Source: Acidobacteriota bacterium
GTDB lineage: Bacteria > Acidobacteriota > Vicinamibacteria > Vicinamibacterales > UBA2999
DNA length: 64,000 nt
Direction: 5' to 3'
Assembly (NCBI GenBank): GCA_046726375.1
Contig: JBKPAJ010000065.1
Location: forward strand, 6,724-70,723
Positions 8,460-16,601 of this stretch are shown piece by piece; positions within the stretch are counted from its first letter, which is position 1; every line of letters begins with the position of its first letter. The notes below the pieces were generated by a model. It was not told the origin of the DNA and did not search any database. It saw nothing but the letters and a program-made list of their open reading frames with translations. The translations under genes and the position numbers were made by a program.

Positions 8460-10115
8460 ATGACGAAGAGCAACTCGGAGCTTGATGCGTTGATCGCCGG
8501 CGCAGGGCCAACCGGACTCGCGTTAGCGACCCAGCTTCAGACGTTCGGCGCACGGTTTCGGATCATCGACCGGCTCCTCGATCGCACACGTGAATCCCGT
8601 GCGCTCGGCGTCCAGGCGCGCACGCTGGAATTGCTGCAGATGCTCGGCCTTGGGGAACGGCTCGTGGCCCGAGGCAACAGGAGCACCCGCCTCAAGTTCT
8701 ACCTCGAAGGCCGAGCGGTTGCGCCAGTGACGCTTGGTGATATCGGTGCGGTGGACACTCGTTTTCCGTTCATCCTGTTCGTCTCACAGGCAGAGACGGA
8801 GGAGGTTCTGAACGAATGGCTACGTGCATCAGGCGTGGTGATTGAGCGCGGCACTGAGCTGACATCGTTCGAACGCGAAGACAATGGCCTTCAGTGCCTG
8901 CTTCAACGAGACGATGGTCGGCAAGAGCGCCTTCACACACGGTTCTTGGTCGGGTGCGACGGGGCACATAGCGCCGTCAGAAAAGGGAGCGGGATTGCAT
9001 TCGAAGGCGGACGTTATCCGCAGGATTTTGCGCTCGGCGACGTCGAAGCCGACGGGCCGCTCGAACCGAACGCGATCAACTCGTTTAGCGGGGGCGGTGG
9101 AGTGGCCATGTTCTTCCCGCTTGGGCGGCCGACGACGTGGCGCGTTGTCGCCATGGCTGCGGACAAACAGGCCGACGCTGAACCGGGGCGACCGTCGTCA
9201 CCCGATATCGTGGGCGCCCTGCAGCTTTCGGAACTGCAGGACCTCGTGGACCCGCCGACGGCTGGAACGATTCGCCTCCGCGATCCTGCATGGCTGACCC
9301 GCTTTCATCTCCATCATCGCCAGATTGCGAGCTATCGAAGAAACAACGTCTTCCTCGCCGGCGATGCGGCGCACATCCACAGCCCCGTCGGCGCGCAGGG
9401 TATGAATACGGGCATTCAGGATGCGTGGAACCTTGGGTGGAAACTGGGCTTGGTTGCCCGCGGCGTTGCGCACATTCGTCTGCTGGATACGTACGACGGC
9501 GAACGCTGGCCGGTCGGCCAGTTCCTGCTTCGATACACGGACCGGCTGTTCAGCACGTTTACGCGTGTGATGTCCGGGCGTCCGCTGGCCACGTGGGCCA
9601 GACGCGTCGTGGTACCGCACGTGGTTCCCCACGCGTTTGAGTCGCGCTGGCTTCGGCGGACCGCGTTCAGTTTTGTGTCGGAGCTCGGTATCCGGTATCG
9701 GAAGAGTCCAGGGATCGCTGAAGGAGAACCCAGATTGCGAAAGGGACCTCGCGCTGGCGACCGCCTTCCCGATGCCGAGGTTCTCGTGAACGGGCGCTCC
9801 ACATATCTTCAGGAGGCGCTCGCGGGTCCGCATCTCGCGCTGCTCCTGTGCGGAGACTCGCGCACTTGGAAATCACTGGAGTTGGACCGATTGCGAGAAC
9901 AGTACAGGCGGGTGATCGCAACGCACTACCTCAGCGCCACTGGATCGGAGGGGTCACTGGTCGACGGGAAGGGGCACGCGTTTGCTCGGCTCGGAGTGCG
10001 GGATGCGGCGCAATACCTGGTGCGTCCGGACGGCTACATCGCCTTCCGATCTGCCGGACGGACGTTCGAGCAACTCGAACGATATCTGGCTGACTGGTAC
10101 GTGGCGGCGCCGTGA
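8460..10115 (+). CDS. FAD-dependent aromatic-ring monooxygenase (PheA/TfdB class A flavoprotein hydroxylase type)
   Basis: GxGxxG motif DALIAGAGPTGLALA, GCDGAHSAVR, and FLAGDAAHIHSPVGAQGMNTGIQDAWNLGWKL. The 551-aa length includes the C-terminal thioredoxin-like extension of this class. Confidence 0.9.
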   Translation: MTKSNSELDALIAGAGPTGLALATQLQTFGARFRIIDRLLDRTRESRALGVQARTLELLQMLGLGERLVARGNRSTRLKFYLEGRAVAPVTLGDIGAVDTRFPFILFVSQAETEEVLNEWLRASGVVIERGTELTSFEREDNGLQCLLQRDDGRQERLHTRFLVGCDGAHSAVRKGSGIAFEGGRYPQDFALGDVEADGPLEPNAINSFSGGGGVAMFFPLGRPTTWRVVAMAADKQADAEPGRPSSPDIVGALQLSELQDLVDPPTAGTIRLRDPAWLTRFHLHHRQIASYRRNNVFLAGDAAHIHSPVGAQGMNTGIQDAWNLGWKLGLVARGVAHIRLLDTYDGERWPVGQFLLRYTDRLFSTFTRVMSGRPLATWARRVVVPHVVPHAFESRWLRRTAFSFVSELGIRYRKSPGIAEGEPRLRKGPRAGDRLPDAEVLVNGRSTYLQEALAGPHLALLLCGDSRTWKSLELDRLREQYRRVIATHYLSATGSEGSLVDGKGHAFARLGVRDAAQYLVRPDGYIAFRSAGRTFEQLERYLADWYVAAP

Positions 10116-10263
10116 GGTCGGACTGCGTGGGCGTGGGAAGTCGCGCTGCCTTCGACGACTTCAACAGCTGCATGCTGTCCACGGATTCGTCGTGACGTAT
10201 CAGCGTAACTAGTGACCAGCAGCAGGAATCATCTACGCCAGATGGAGTCGAGTTGATAGCCGC

Positions 10264-10884
10264 ATGGGGTTCTACCGAAACCATCTCTATCCACGACTCG
10301 TGAACGGATTGGGCGACCCAGCACCAATCCGGTATCGCCGGCGAGATGTGCTGCGTGAGGCACGGGGGACCGTGCTGGAGATTGGCGTAGGTTCGGGGGC
10401 GAACTTTCCCCATTACGACGCAGCACGCGTCGACAAAATCTATGCTCTCGAGCCAAATCCAGGGATGGTGCAACTGGCGGAACGACGCCTTCGCCGCATA
10501 GCTCTCACGGTCGAGTTCCTGGGTGTGCCCGGCGAACGTATTCCCCTCGTGGATGCGCGCGTTGATACGGTTGTGAGCACGTTCACGTTGTGTACGATTC
10601 CCGCGGTGGTGGATGCGCTTCGTGACGTCCAGCGTGTCATGAAGCCCGCCGGCAAGCTGATTTTTCTTGAGATCAGCGCGTCACCCGATCCGCGAGTGCG
10701 TCGGTGGCAGCGCCGATGGGAGCCGCTTCATCACGCGCTATTCGAGGGGCTGTTCCTCACCAGGGACATTCCATCGCTCTTGAAGGCCAGCGGGTTCTCG
10801 ATCGAGAGTGTGAGTACCGGGTATATGGCTCGGTTCCCGAAGTCCTGGGCGCATTGCTGTTGGGGGAGCGCCGTTCTGGACTGA
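10264..10884 (+). CDS. class I SAM-dependent methyltransferase
   Basis: Motif I VLEIGVGSGANF, post-I ALEPNPGM, and VLRPxGKL-like VMKPAGKLIFLE. Confidence 0.85.
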   Translation: MGFYRNHLYPRLVNGLGDPAPIRYRRRDVLREARGTVLEIGVGSGANFPHYDAARVDKIYALEPNPGMVQLAERRLRRIALTVEFLGVPGERIPLVDARVDTVVSTFTLCTIPAVVDALRDVQRVMKPAGKLIFLEISASPDPRVRRWQRRWEPLHHALFEGLFLTRDIPSLLKASGFSIESVSTGYMARFPKSWAHCCWGSAVLD

Positions 10885-11199
10885 TAGCGTTTTCGAGCTC
10901 TTCGGATGCGACGATGGGATGGGGTTCCTGGTGAAACGGGCAGAGGCCGATTTCAATCTCGCGGGAATCCCACGCTCGCCCCGAAGGTCGTGCGCACGAA
11001 GCCGCATGAGAGAGACAGCGAAAGGCGATTCGAGGATACTTCGGGCGAGACGCGTGGTCTTGGCCTGGGGCTGAGCCCAGCGTTTGCGCACCGCCCACGA
11101 ACCGGGGATCTCCTCCGCACGGCGCTCATTGCGGGAACGCACAATGAGCGGATCTTCGCGCTAACGATGGGCGGCGGTCAGACGTAGTACGGGTTGTTC

Positions 11200-12390
11200 A
11201 TGTCGAGCGAGAGCAAGCCGCGCACGGCACTAATCGTCGGAGCCGGGATCGGCGGACTCGCCGCGGGCATTGCGCTGCAGCGAGCCGGGTGGCGCGTGCG
11301 TGTGTTCGAGCGCGCGACCCACGCGCGCGAGCTGGGGTTTGCGCTGTTGCTCGCCCCGAATGCGCTTGCCTCGCTCGAGCACTTCGGCGTTGCAGACCGC
11401 GTCATCGCGGCGGGCTGCGAAATGACAGGCGGTGAAATCTGCGGCACGGGTGGGCGGGTGTTGCGTCGCTTTGATCTGACCTCACTTCGCGAACTGCTTC
11501 CCCAGCCTTCCGTGGTGGTCTTGCGGCCTGCTCTCCACGGCGTGCTGTTAGACGCATTCGGACCACAACAGGTGTCACTCGACAGCGAAGCAACTGGCGT
11601 CTCGTTCGAGGGGCTTACGCCGACGCTGCGACTGACCAACGGTCGCACTGTCGAGGGAAACGTCGTGATTGGCGCCGACGGTGTCGATTCGGTCATACGT
11701 CGCGTCCTTCACCCCGGTGAGCCTCCACCACGCCGCAGCGGATTGTGGGCGGTTCGCGGAGTAGCCCACGGAGGCGAGAGGTACATGTCGGGGCCCTCCG
11801 GAGCGCAGTACTTCGGGCGCGGCACTGAAGGCGGTATCGCGCGCGCCGGTCCAGAAGCCGTCTACTGGTACGTGTCAGTAACGGCGAAGCAGGTCGGCGA
11901 TTCCCGCAACACCGAACGGATCGCGCGGCGTGCTGTCGCCCAGTTCGATCAGCGTTTCCGGGCAATCGTCTCTGCCACCAGCCCCATGGACATGAGGCTC
12001 GATGAACTCCTCGATCGCGAGCCGCTTTCGAAATGGGGCTGCGGCCTGGTCACTCTGCTCGGTGACGCGGCGCACCCGATGCTCCCACACGCCGGGCAGG
12101 GTGCGGCGCAGGCTCTCGAAGATGCTGCGGCCATCGGACGTGCTCTGGACGGAGTGGTCGACGTCCACGTGGCGTTGCGGGCGTACGAGCAGCTTCGGTC
12201 ACGGCGCGTGCATCGCATTGCGCAGATCGCCCGCCGTAACGCCCGTTTTGGCTCCATGACGAGCTGGGTCGGACAGGCGCTCCACGATTTGTTCATTCGC
12301 CTCGTACCTGCGTCCGTGTTCACGAAGACCTATCTCGAGTTTGGGAGTCCGCCGGGGCTTGAATTCGGCAGTGACGTCCGCGCGTGGTAG
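11200..12390 (+). CDS. FAD-dependent monooxygenase (salicylate hydroxylase/UbiH-like)
   Basis: ALIVGAGIGGLAAGIALQRAGWRVRVFER, GADGVDSVIR, and LLGDAAHPMLPHAGQGAAQALEDA. I prefer ATG 11200 to the TTG at 11194. Confidence 0.9.
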   Translation: MSSESKPRTALIVGAGIGGLAAGIALQRAGWRVRVFERATHARELGFALLLAPNALASLEHFGVADRVIAAGCEMTGGEICGTGGRVLRRFDLTSLRELLPQPSVVVLRPALHGVLLDAFGPQQVSLDSEATGVSFEGLTPTLRLTNGRTVEGNVVIGADGVDSVIRRVLHPGEPPPRRSGLWAVRGVAHGGERYMSGPSGAQYFGRGTEGGIARAGPEAVYWYVSVTAKQVGDSRNTERIARRAVAQFDQRFRAIVSATSPMDMRLDELLDREPLSKWGCGLVTLLGDAAHPMLPHAGQGAAQALEDAAAIGRALDGVVDVHVALRAYEQLRSRRVHRIAQIARRNARFGSMTSWVGQALHDLFIRLVPASVFTKTYLEFGSPPGLEFGSDVRAW

Positions 12391-12710
12391 CGGCCGAACA
12401 GCGGAGATCAACATTGAACCGCGCTTTTCTCACGAGCCCCCAGTTTCTCGAGGCCGCAGCGATCGAGGAGCCGCTGCGCGCGACGTTACGCATGCTGCGC
12501 AAGCTGACGCGCGAGCATGCCGTGGATGCGGACGACATTCGCGCGGTACTCGCTGCCGGCGTGTCACGCGAGCAGATCGAAGACGCACTCGCAGTGTCCC
12601 TCGTCTTCAACACCGTCGATCGGCTCTCGCGCGCCTTCGGGTTCGTTGTCGCGGATCCCCAGGCCTTCGACGCTGGCGCGAGGTTTTCAGTCGCGCGGGG
12701 CTACCGCTGA
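12384..12710 (+). CDS. short AhpD/carboxymuconolactone-decarboxylase-like domain protein (possibly N-terminally truncated)
   Basis: PLRATLRMLRKLTREHAVDADDIRAVLAAGVSREQIEDALAVSLVFNTVDRL resembles the C-terminal half of CMD/peroxidase-related proteins. There is only a GTG/TTG start and it overlaps the upstream stop. Confidence 0.4.
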   Translation: MVAAEQRRSTLNRAFLTSPQFLEAAAIEEPLRATLRMLRKLTREHAVDADDIRAVLAAGVSREQIEDALAVSLVFNTVDRLSRAFGFVVADPQAFDAGARFSVARGYR

Positions 12711-13027
12711 CCGCACGCTGGGATCACAACCCACCTGGGACGGCCGCGTCCACGAGAATGCGCGCCGGTCGGTTGCTGTGTGCAGTGATCGCTGCGGCCC
12801 GCGTCCCCTCGTGCCATTCAAGCCGCCCAGCTCCCGCACGCCTCGGTGGTCCACATCGAGGCGTGAGATGGCGTCTGCGGTGTTACCCCGCTGTTACCCC
12901 GGCGCTTGAGCTAGTGGATTTGAATTTCGGCTCCAGCGAGACAACCGGCGTCCGCAGGCGATAGGGGCGGCCTCTAAGCGCTTTTAAACGCGCGAGATCT
13001 GATAGTGACCTATATGTGACCTATGAA

Positions 13028-13138
13028 CTCGGAAAGTGGTCGGGGCGACTGGATTCGAACCAGCGACCCCCTGCGCCCAAGTGCCGCATCATGCGATTTC
13101 CCGAAACTCTCTGCAACAAGGCTCCTTCCAAGTCGTTG
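13028..13138 (-). repeat. tRNA-Pro-like 3' fragment repeat, copy 1 (no 5' half; not a functional tRNA)
   Basis: On the minus strand 13081->13037 reads CTTGGGC (U33, anticodon UGG, G37), GCAGG, GGGTC, GCTGG-TTCGAAT-CCAGT, CGCCCCG-A-CCA. C1:G72 is implied and A73 is present, as in bacterial tRNA-Pro. No matching acceptor 5' strand, D-arm or anticodon 5' stem lies upstream. About 90 percent identical by eye to 44896-45007 in inverted orientation. Confidence 0.65.
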
Positions 13139-14014
13139 GATCTGCATCAATTCGTGGCGATGGCTGCCGCCAAGGCAAACGACGCCGGGCCTGGAACCCC
13201 TGGGTGCCAACTGGGACCCCTGCGCGCCAAGCAGGCCACGGAGCCCACGAATCGTCCCGATGCTGAAGGACCACGCTTGGAAATTGATTCCGTTCGCCCT
13301 CAGTAACGCACACCGACACGCATCAACGCACTGTCCATCAACGACTTCCCGCAGCAACGATGTGCATCGGAGTGTCCCCGTAAATCACGGTGTTTGCCCC
13401 GGGGTTTAGGGGGTATCTGAACAGGTCTGACACAAGCCGGACGCCAACTTGTCGCGACGCACATCAACGAACAACGTGTAATAAGCGGTCCTAGCGCTTC
13501 GACGCGATGATTCGGACGAGGCCGGGAATCCTTCAGTTCGTACGCGCCCTGTTGGTGATGAATCAGGCCGTTGCGTGTACCGCCGGCAGTCGATACGACC
13601 GTCCAGGATCGGGCTCTCCGCACCATACAGCGGCAAGGTCAGGTTGAAGGCTCGCGAGTAGCAGGCGGTCCCGCGAAGCGAGATTCGCGCAGAGTTTCTG
13701 TCTCTTACTTTTTCTTGGAGAACAGAGTCGAACGGGGTGGCACTACTTTCCTTCGTGGGGAGGAAGGTTGTTGCAACAGGCCCTTCAGCGCGTCAAGAAG
13801 CATTTGCGTGGTCTCCGGCGGACCAAACCTTTCGTCCAGAAAATAGAAACGTGACCAGCGCGTATCCCTGTCGGTGAACTTCAAGTATTCGAACGGCGGA
13901 TCTGTATGGGTCGAGTCGGTCGCCTTGGTTCGGAAGCATCCATCATGGTGCTCGCATGAGACCGAATGAACTTCGAATGTCGCAGATGATTATCCAGCGC
14001 TACAACAAGCCGAG

Positions 14015-14319
14015 CACCGGATTCTGGTCAACGCGCTGACCCCCCGGATCGATCATCACCCAGGAACGGATCGACAAGATGAGCGATGGCACATTCGGCG
14101 AATCCGAGGTGCCGGAGGCCGCAGTCAAGACTCGGGAGAAGTTGCAGGCCGCAGTGAAGGGCGGCGCCTTCGCGCAGATGCTGACCACCATGATGCCGCT
14201 GGGCCGCCCCGGCTATCCCGACGAGATCGGCAAAGGCGGTGCTGTTCTTGGCATCCGACATGGCCAGCTACATCAGCGGCGCCAACCTGATCGTCGATGG
14301 CGCGCAGACCCTGCGGTAA
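14015..14319 (+). pseudogene. short-chain dehydrogenase/reductase C-terminal remnant with frameshifts
   Basis: RILVNALTP / GSIITQERIDKM...MPLGRPGYPDEIGK / AVLFLASDMASYISGANLIVDGAQTLR* is readable only across three frames. One break is at a C6 run near 14045. The N-terminal Rossmann part is missing. Confidence 0.6.
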
Positions 14320-14442
14320 CGAACGCCTCACGCGTCACTGCGATTTGTGATCGTCGGCGACCTTAGCAGCGCCGTCGAGACGCGAGGCGTCGGACCAGGT
14401 CAACGCGATCGTGCGGATGATTCAACGAGCTATGCTCGGGAC

Positions 14443-14883
14443 ATGACGATTCGACGGATGGACAACGTCGGCATTGTTGTCGACGACCTCGCCGCGGCTA
14501 TCGCGTTCTTTGTCGAACTTGGTCTCCACCTGGAGGGCGAGACGACAGTCGAGGGACCTTCGGTCGACCAAATGGTCGGGCTCGGCGACGTCCGAACGGA
14601 CATCGCAATGATGCGGACCCCGGACGGCCACGGCCGCGTTGAGCTGATGAAGTTCCAGAGGCCGACGGCGGTCAGCGCTGAACCGAAAAACGCACCGGCG
14701 AACACGCTCGGGATACGTCGCATTATGTTCGCCGTTGACGACATCGACGACGTCGTTGCCCGCCTGCAGAAGCATGGCGCCGAACTCGTTGGCGAGGTGG
14801 CGCAGTACGAGGACAAGTATCGGCTCTGCTACGTTCGGGGCCCTGAGGGCATCCTCGTCGCGCTGGCCGAGCAGGTCCGCTAG
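14443..14883 (+). CDS. VOC-family (glyoxalase/bleomycin-resistance/dioxygenase fold) protein
   Basis: MTIRRMDNVGIVVDDLAAAIAFFVELGL...GIRRIMFAVDDIDDVVARLQKHGAELVGE...GPEGILVALAEQ shows paired beta-alpha-beta-beta-beta VOC modules. Confidence 0.85.
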   Translation: MTIRRMDNVGIVVDDLAAAIAFFVELGLHLEGETTVEGPSVDQMVGLGDVRTDIAMMRTPDGHGRVELMKFQRPTAVSAEPKNAPANTLGIRRIMFAVDDIDDVVARLQKHGAELVGEVAQYEDKYRLCYVRGPEGILVALAEQVR

Positions 14884-15004
14884 CGGAGGTCCTCGAAGTG
14901 GAGTCCGCATTTGGCCCGATTGTGTCATTGGGCTATTGCACTCTCTCTCACGACATCCGCCTAGCGCCCGGTCTTGTGCTCGTAAGCGTCGCGTGTCCCA
15001 AGCC

Positions 15005-15200
15005 TTAAGCGAGAGCCGGCGCGCCACCACCAACGATTTGGACAAGCACGGCCGCAATTGAGGACAGAGGGAGCACGTAGTCCACGGCGCTCGTGTCGAT
15101 GGCTGCCTGCGGCATTCCGTGGTACTCGGCGGTCGCCTTATCTTGGGCGATGACGACCCCTCCCATCTTCGATATTTCAAGAACACCCGAGACGTGAGGC
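15005..15200 (-). pseudogene. CheB methylesterase C-terminal fragment
   Basis: GVLEISKMGGVVIAQDKATAEYHGMPQAAIDTSAVDYVLPLSSIAAVL matches only the extreme C-terminus of protein-glutamate methylesterases. The upstream catalytic and receiver parts are absent. Confidence 0.55.
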
Positions 15201-15255
15201 GCGAGCCACTGGAGAAGCGGCGACAGCTGCTCGAGAAGAGGGTTCTTCCGAAACT

Positions 15256-15311
15256 GCTCGGTATCTCGACTTGTTGAAACCGCAACGGAAGCGGTACGAA
15301 GTGTTCGACAC
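15256..15311 (+). repeat. 56-bp direct repeat, copy 1 (duplicated piece of integrase arm-domain coding sequence)
   Basis: GCTCGGTATCTCGACTTGTTGAAACCGCAACGGAAGCGGTACGAAGTGTTCGACAC is identical by eye to 15526-15581. It encodes ARYLDLLKPQRKRYEVFDT. Confidence 0.85.
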
Positions 15312-15504
15312 CGGAACCGGTCCGGTACTCGGCGTCGCTCGATGCGGATCTTCCCACTTTGATCCAATCAGTGAAGGTGCACGGGTTCGAAGGACTCGTC
15401 GCGAAACGTTGCGCGAGTCTCTATGAGCCAGGCCTTCGGTCAGGCGCGTGGATGAAGATGCGCGTGAACCGCGGCCAAAGAAACATCGGGAGGGTAGAAA
15501 AACC

Positions 15505-15705
15505 ATGGCGACTGTCACTCTGACCGCTCGGTATCTCGACTTGTTGAAACCGCAACGGAAGCGGTACGAAGTGTTCGACACGATCGTGCCAGGCTTCGCG
15601 ATCCGCGTGACGTCGGCGGGGCACAAGTCTTTCACGCAGTACTACCGCCATGGCCGACTACGGCGAGTCGGTTTGGGTCGCTATCCCGACGTGTTGTTGG
15701 GTCGT
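15505..15705 (+). mobile_element. truncated tyrosine-recombinase (P4-type integrase) N-terminal arm-binding domain remnant
   Basis: MATVTLTARYLDLLKPQRKRYEVFDTIVPGFAIRVTSAGHKSFTQYYRHGRLRRVGLGRYPDV is the DUF4102-type integrase arm domain. The catalytic domain is absent and the downstream reading frame is uninformative. It contains repeat copy 2 (15526-15581). Confidence 0.65.
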
Positions 15706-16097
15706 GCTTGGCTACAGCCAGTACAACTTCATCAACTCGCCCCAGGGTACCGCAGATTGTCGGAAAATTCCTCGCCGATTCGTTCACCAATCGCTGACCG
15801 GCGCAGCAGCAGCCTCGCAGAGGGCGCCGGATCGGACAAGAGCCGTCCAATGAGGAGCCGTTGCGCTACAGCCGGTCGATAATCGAGGCCGCGATACCCA
15901 AACGTTTTGATTCTGTTCTCGAACGACACTCGCCCTTGAACTAGCTTCACTAGTCTCGCCATTGTCGGCGTCGAACCGGAGCTCTTTCATGTTCGCGTGA
16001 CGCGAACCTTTCAGGGTGTCTACTCGCGGCCATGCCGAAAGTTGGCCGAAGCAACTGTAGCGCCTAGAGGCGAAGGAATAACCTAAGGTAGCAGCCA

Positions 16098-16124
16098 TGT
16101 CACATTCCGAAGGCCTATCCCGTC
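16098..16124 (+). promoter_or_regulatory. ECF41-type promoter, perfect TGTCACA-N16-CGTC
   Basis: TGTCACA at 16098-16104, a 16-nt spacer, CGTC at 16121-16124, 32 nt upstream of ATG 16157. The track ORF starting at 16097 begins inside this motif. Confidence 0.7.
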
Positions 16125-16156
16125 CCACCATTGGAGGACTAGAGGAACGAAAATCT

Positions 16157-16585
16157 ATGAAACGAACCTTCGCTCTTATTCTCGGCGCCCTGGCTGCAGC
16201 CGCCCTGTTGGGGGGGCTTGTGCATGCCGTGCTGGTGGCCGCGCACCTTTCCGAGCCAGCCGCCACCACGGTTTACGGCCTGACCCCCCGGCGACTCTGG
16301 GCCACCACGGTCGCTGTACTGGCGCTGGTCGGCGTGGTCATCGGTGGGCTGGCTCTGGCCCGCCCCGCCAGTCGTTTCGGCACCGCCTCTGGGGGACTTG
16401 GAGCCATCGTGGCCCTGGTGGCGGGGCTAATCGCCGCGGTCAATGGCGGGCTGGTTTTGGCTATCGCCAACGGTGGTCCCGGCACCGGCAACGGAGTAGT
16501 CGGCGGCGCCGGGGCGTTGGTGCTGGGGCTGATCGGCATGGCCCTCGGCGGGCTGGCTCTGGCCCGCTCCCACCGTACGGCCTGA
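16157..16585 (+). CDS. Gly/Ala-rich four-helix membrane protein co-transcribed with the ECF41 sigma
   Basis: MKRTFALILGALAAAALLGGL... contains four hydrophobic helices. An RBS-like GGAGGACTAGAGGAACG lies upstream, and the sigma gene follows 16 nt downstream. Confidence 0.65.
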   Translation: MKRTFALILGALAAAALLGGLVHAVLVAAHLSEPAATTVYGLTPRRLWATTVAVLALVGVVIGGLALARPASRFGTASGGLGAIVALVAGLIAAVNGGLVLAIANGGPGTGNGVVGGAGALVLGLIGMALGGLALARSHRTA

Positions 16586-16601
16586 CGGCGGTGCGCACGA
16601 C

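Noticed and set aside
10885-11193. Integrase-like string (…LMRLRAHDLRGERGIPARL…) on the minus strand of the intergenic region.
   Set aside because: Only an HDLR tetrapeptide and a vague R...E context resemble tyrosine recombinases. There is no start codon and no other boxes. Too weak without an HMM search.
13028-13420. Possible tmRNA (ssrA) ending in the tRNA-like 3' terminus.
   Set aside because: The acceptor strand CGCCCCG has C rather than U at position 70, so there is no G3:U70 alanine identity pair. No GGGGC-type 5' end pairs with it within 400 nt. The only tag-like frame (…SFALAAAIATN*) does not end in the usual LAA/ALAA. The unit also occurs three times.
13300-13626. rve/DDE transposase remnant suggested by GLIHHQQGAYELKD on the minus strand.
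   Set aside because: It resembles the hHSDrGsQY block only loosely, with the catalytic D missing, and nothing else of an IS3-type OrfB is recognisable. It is mentioned only as context in the graveyard finding.
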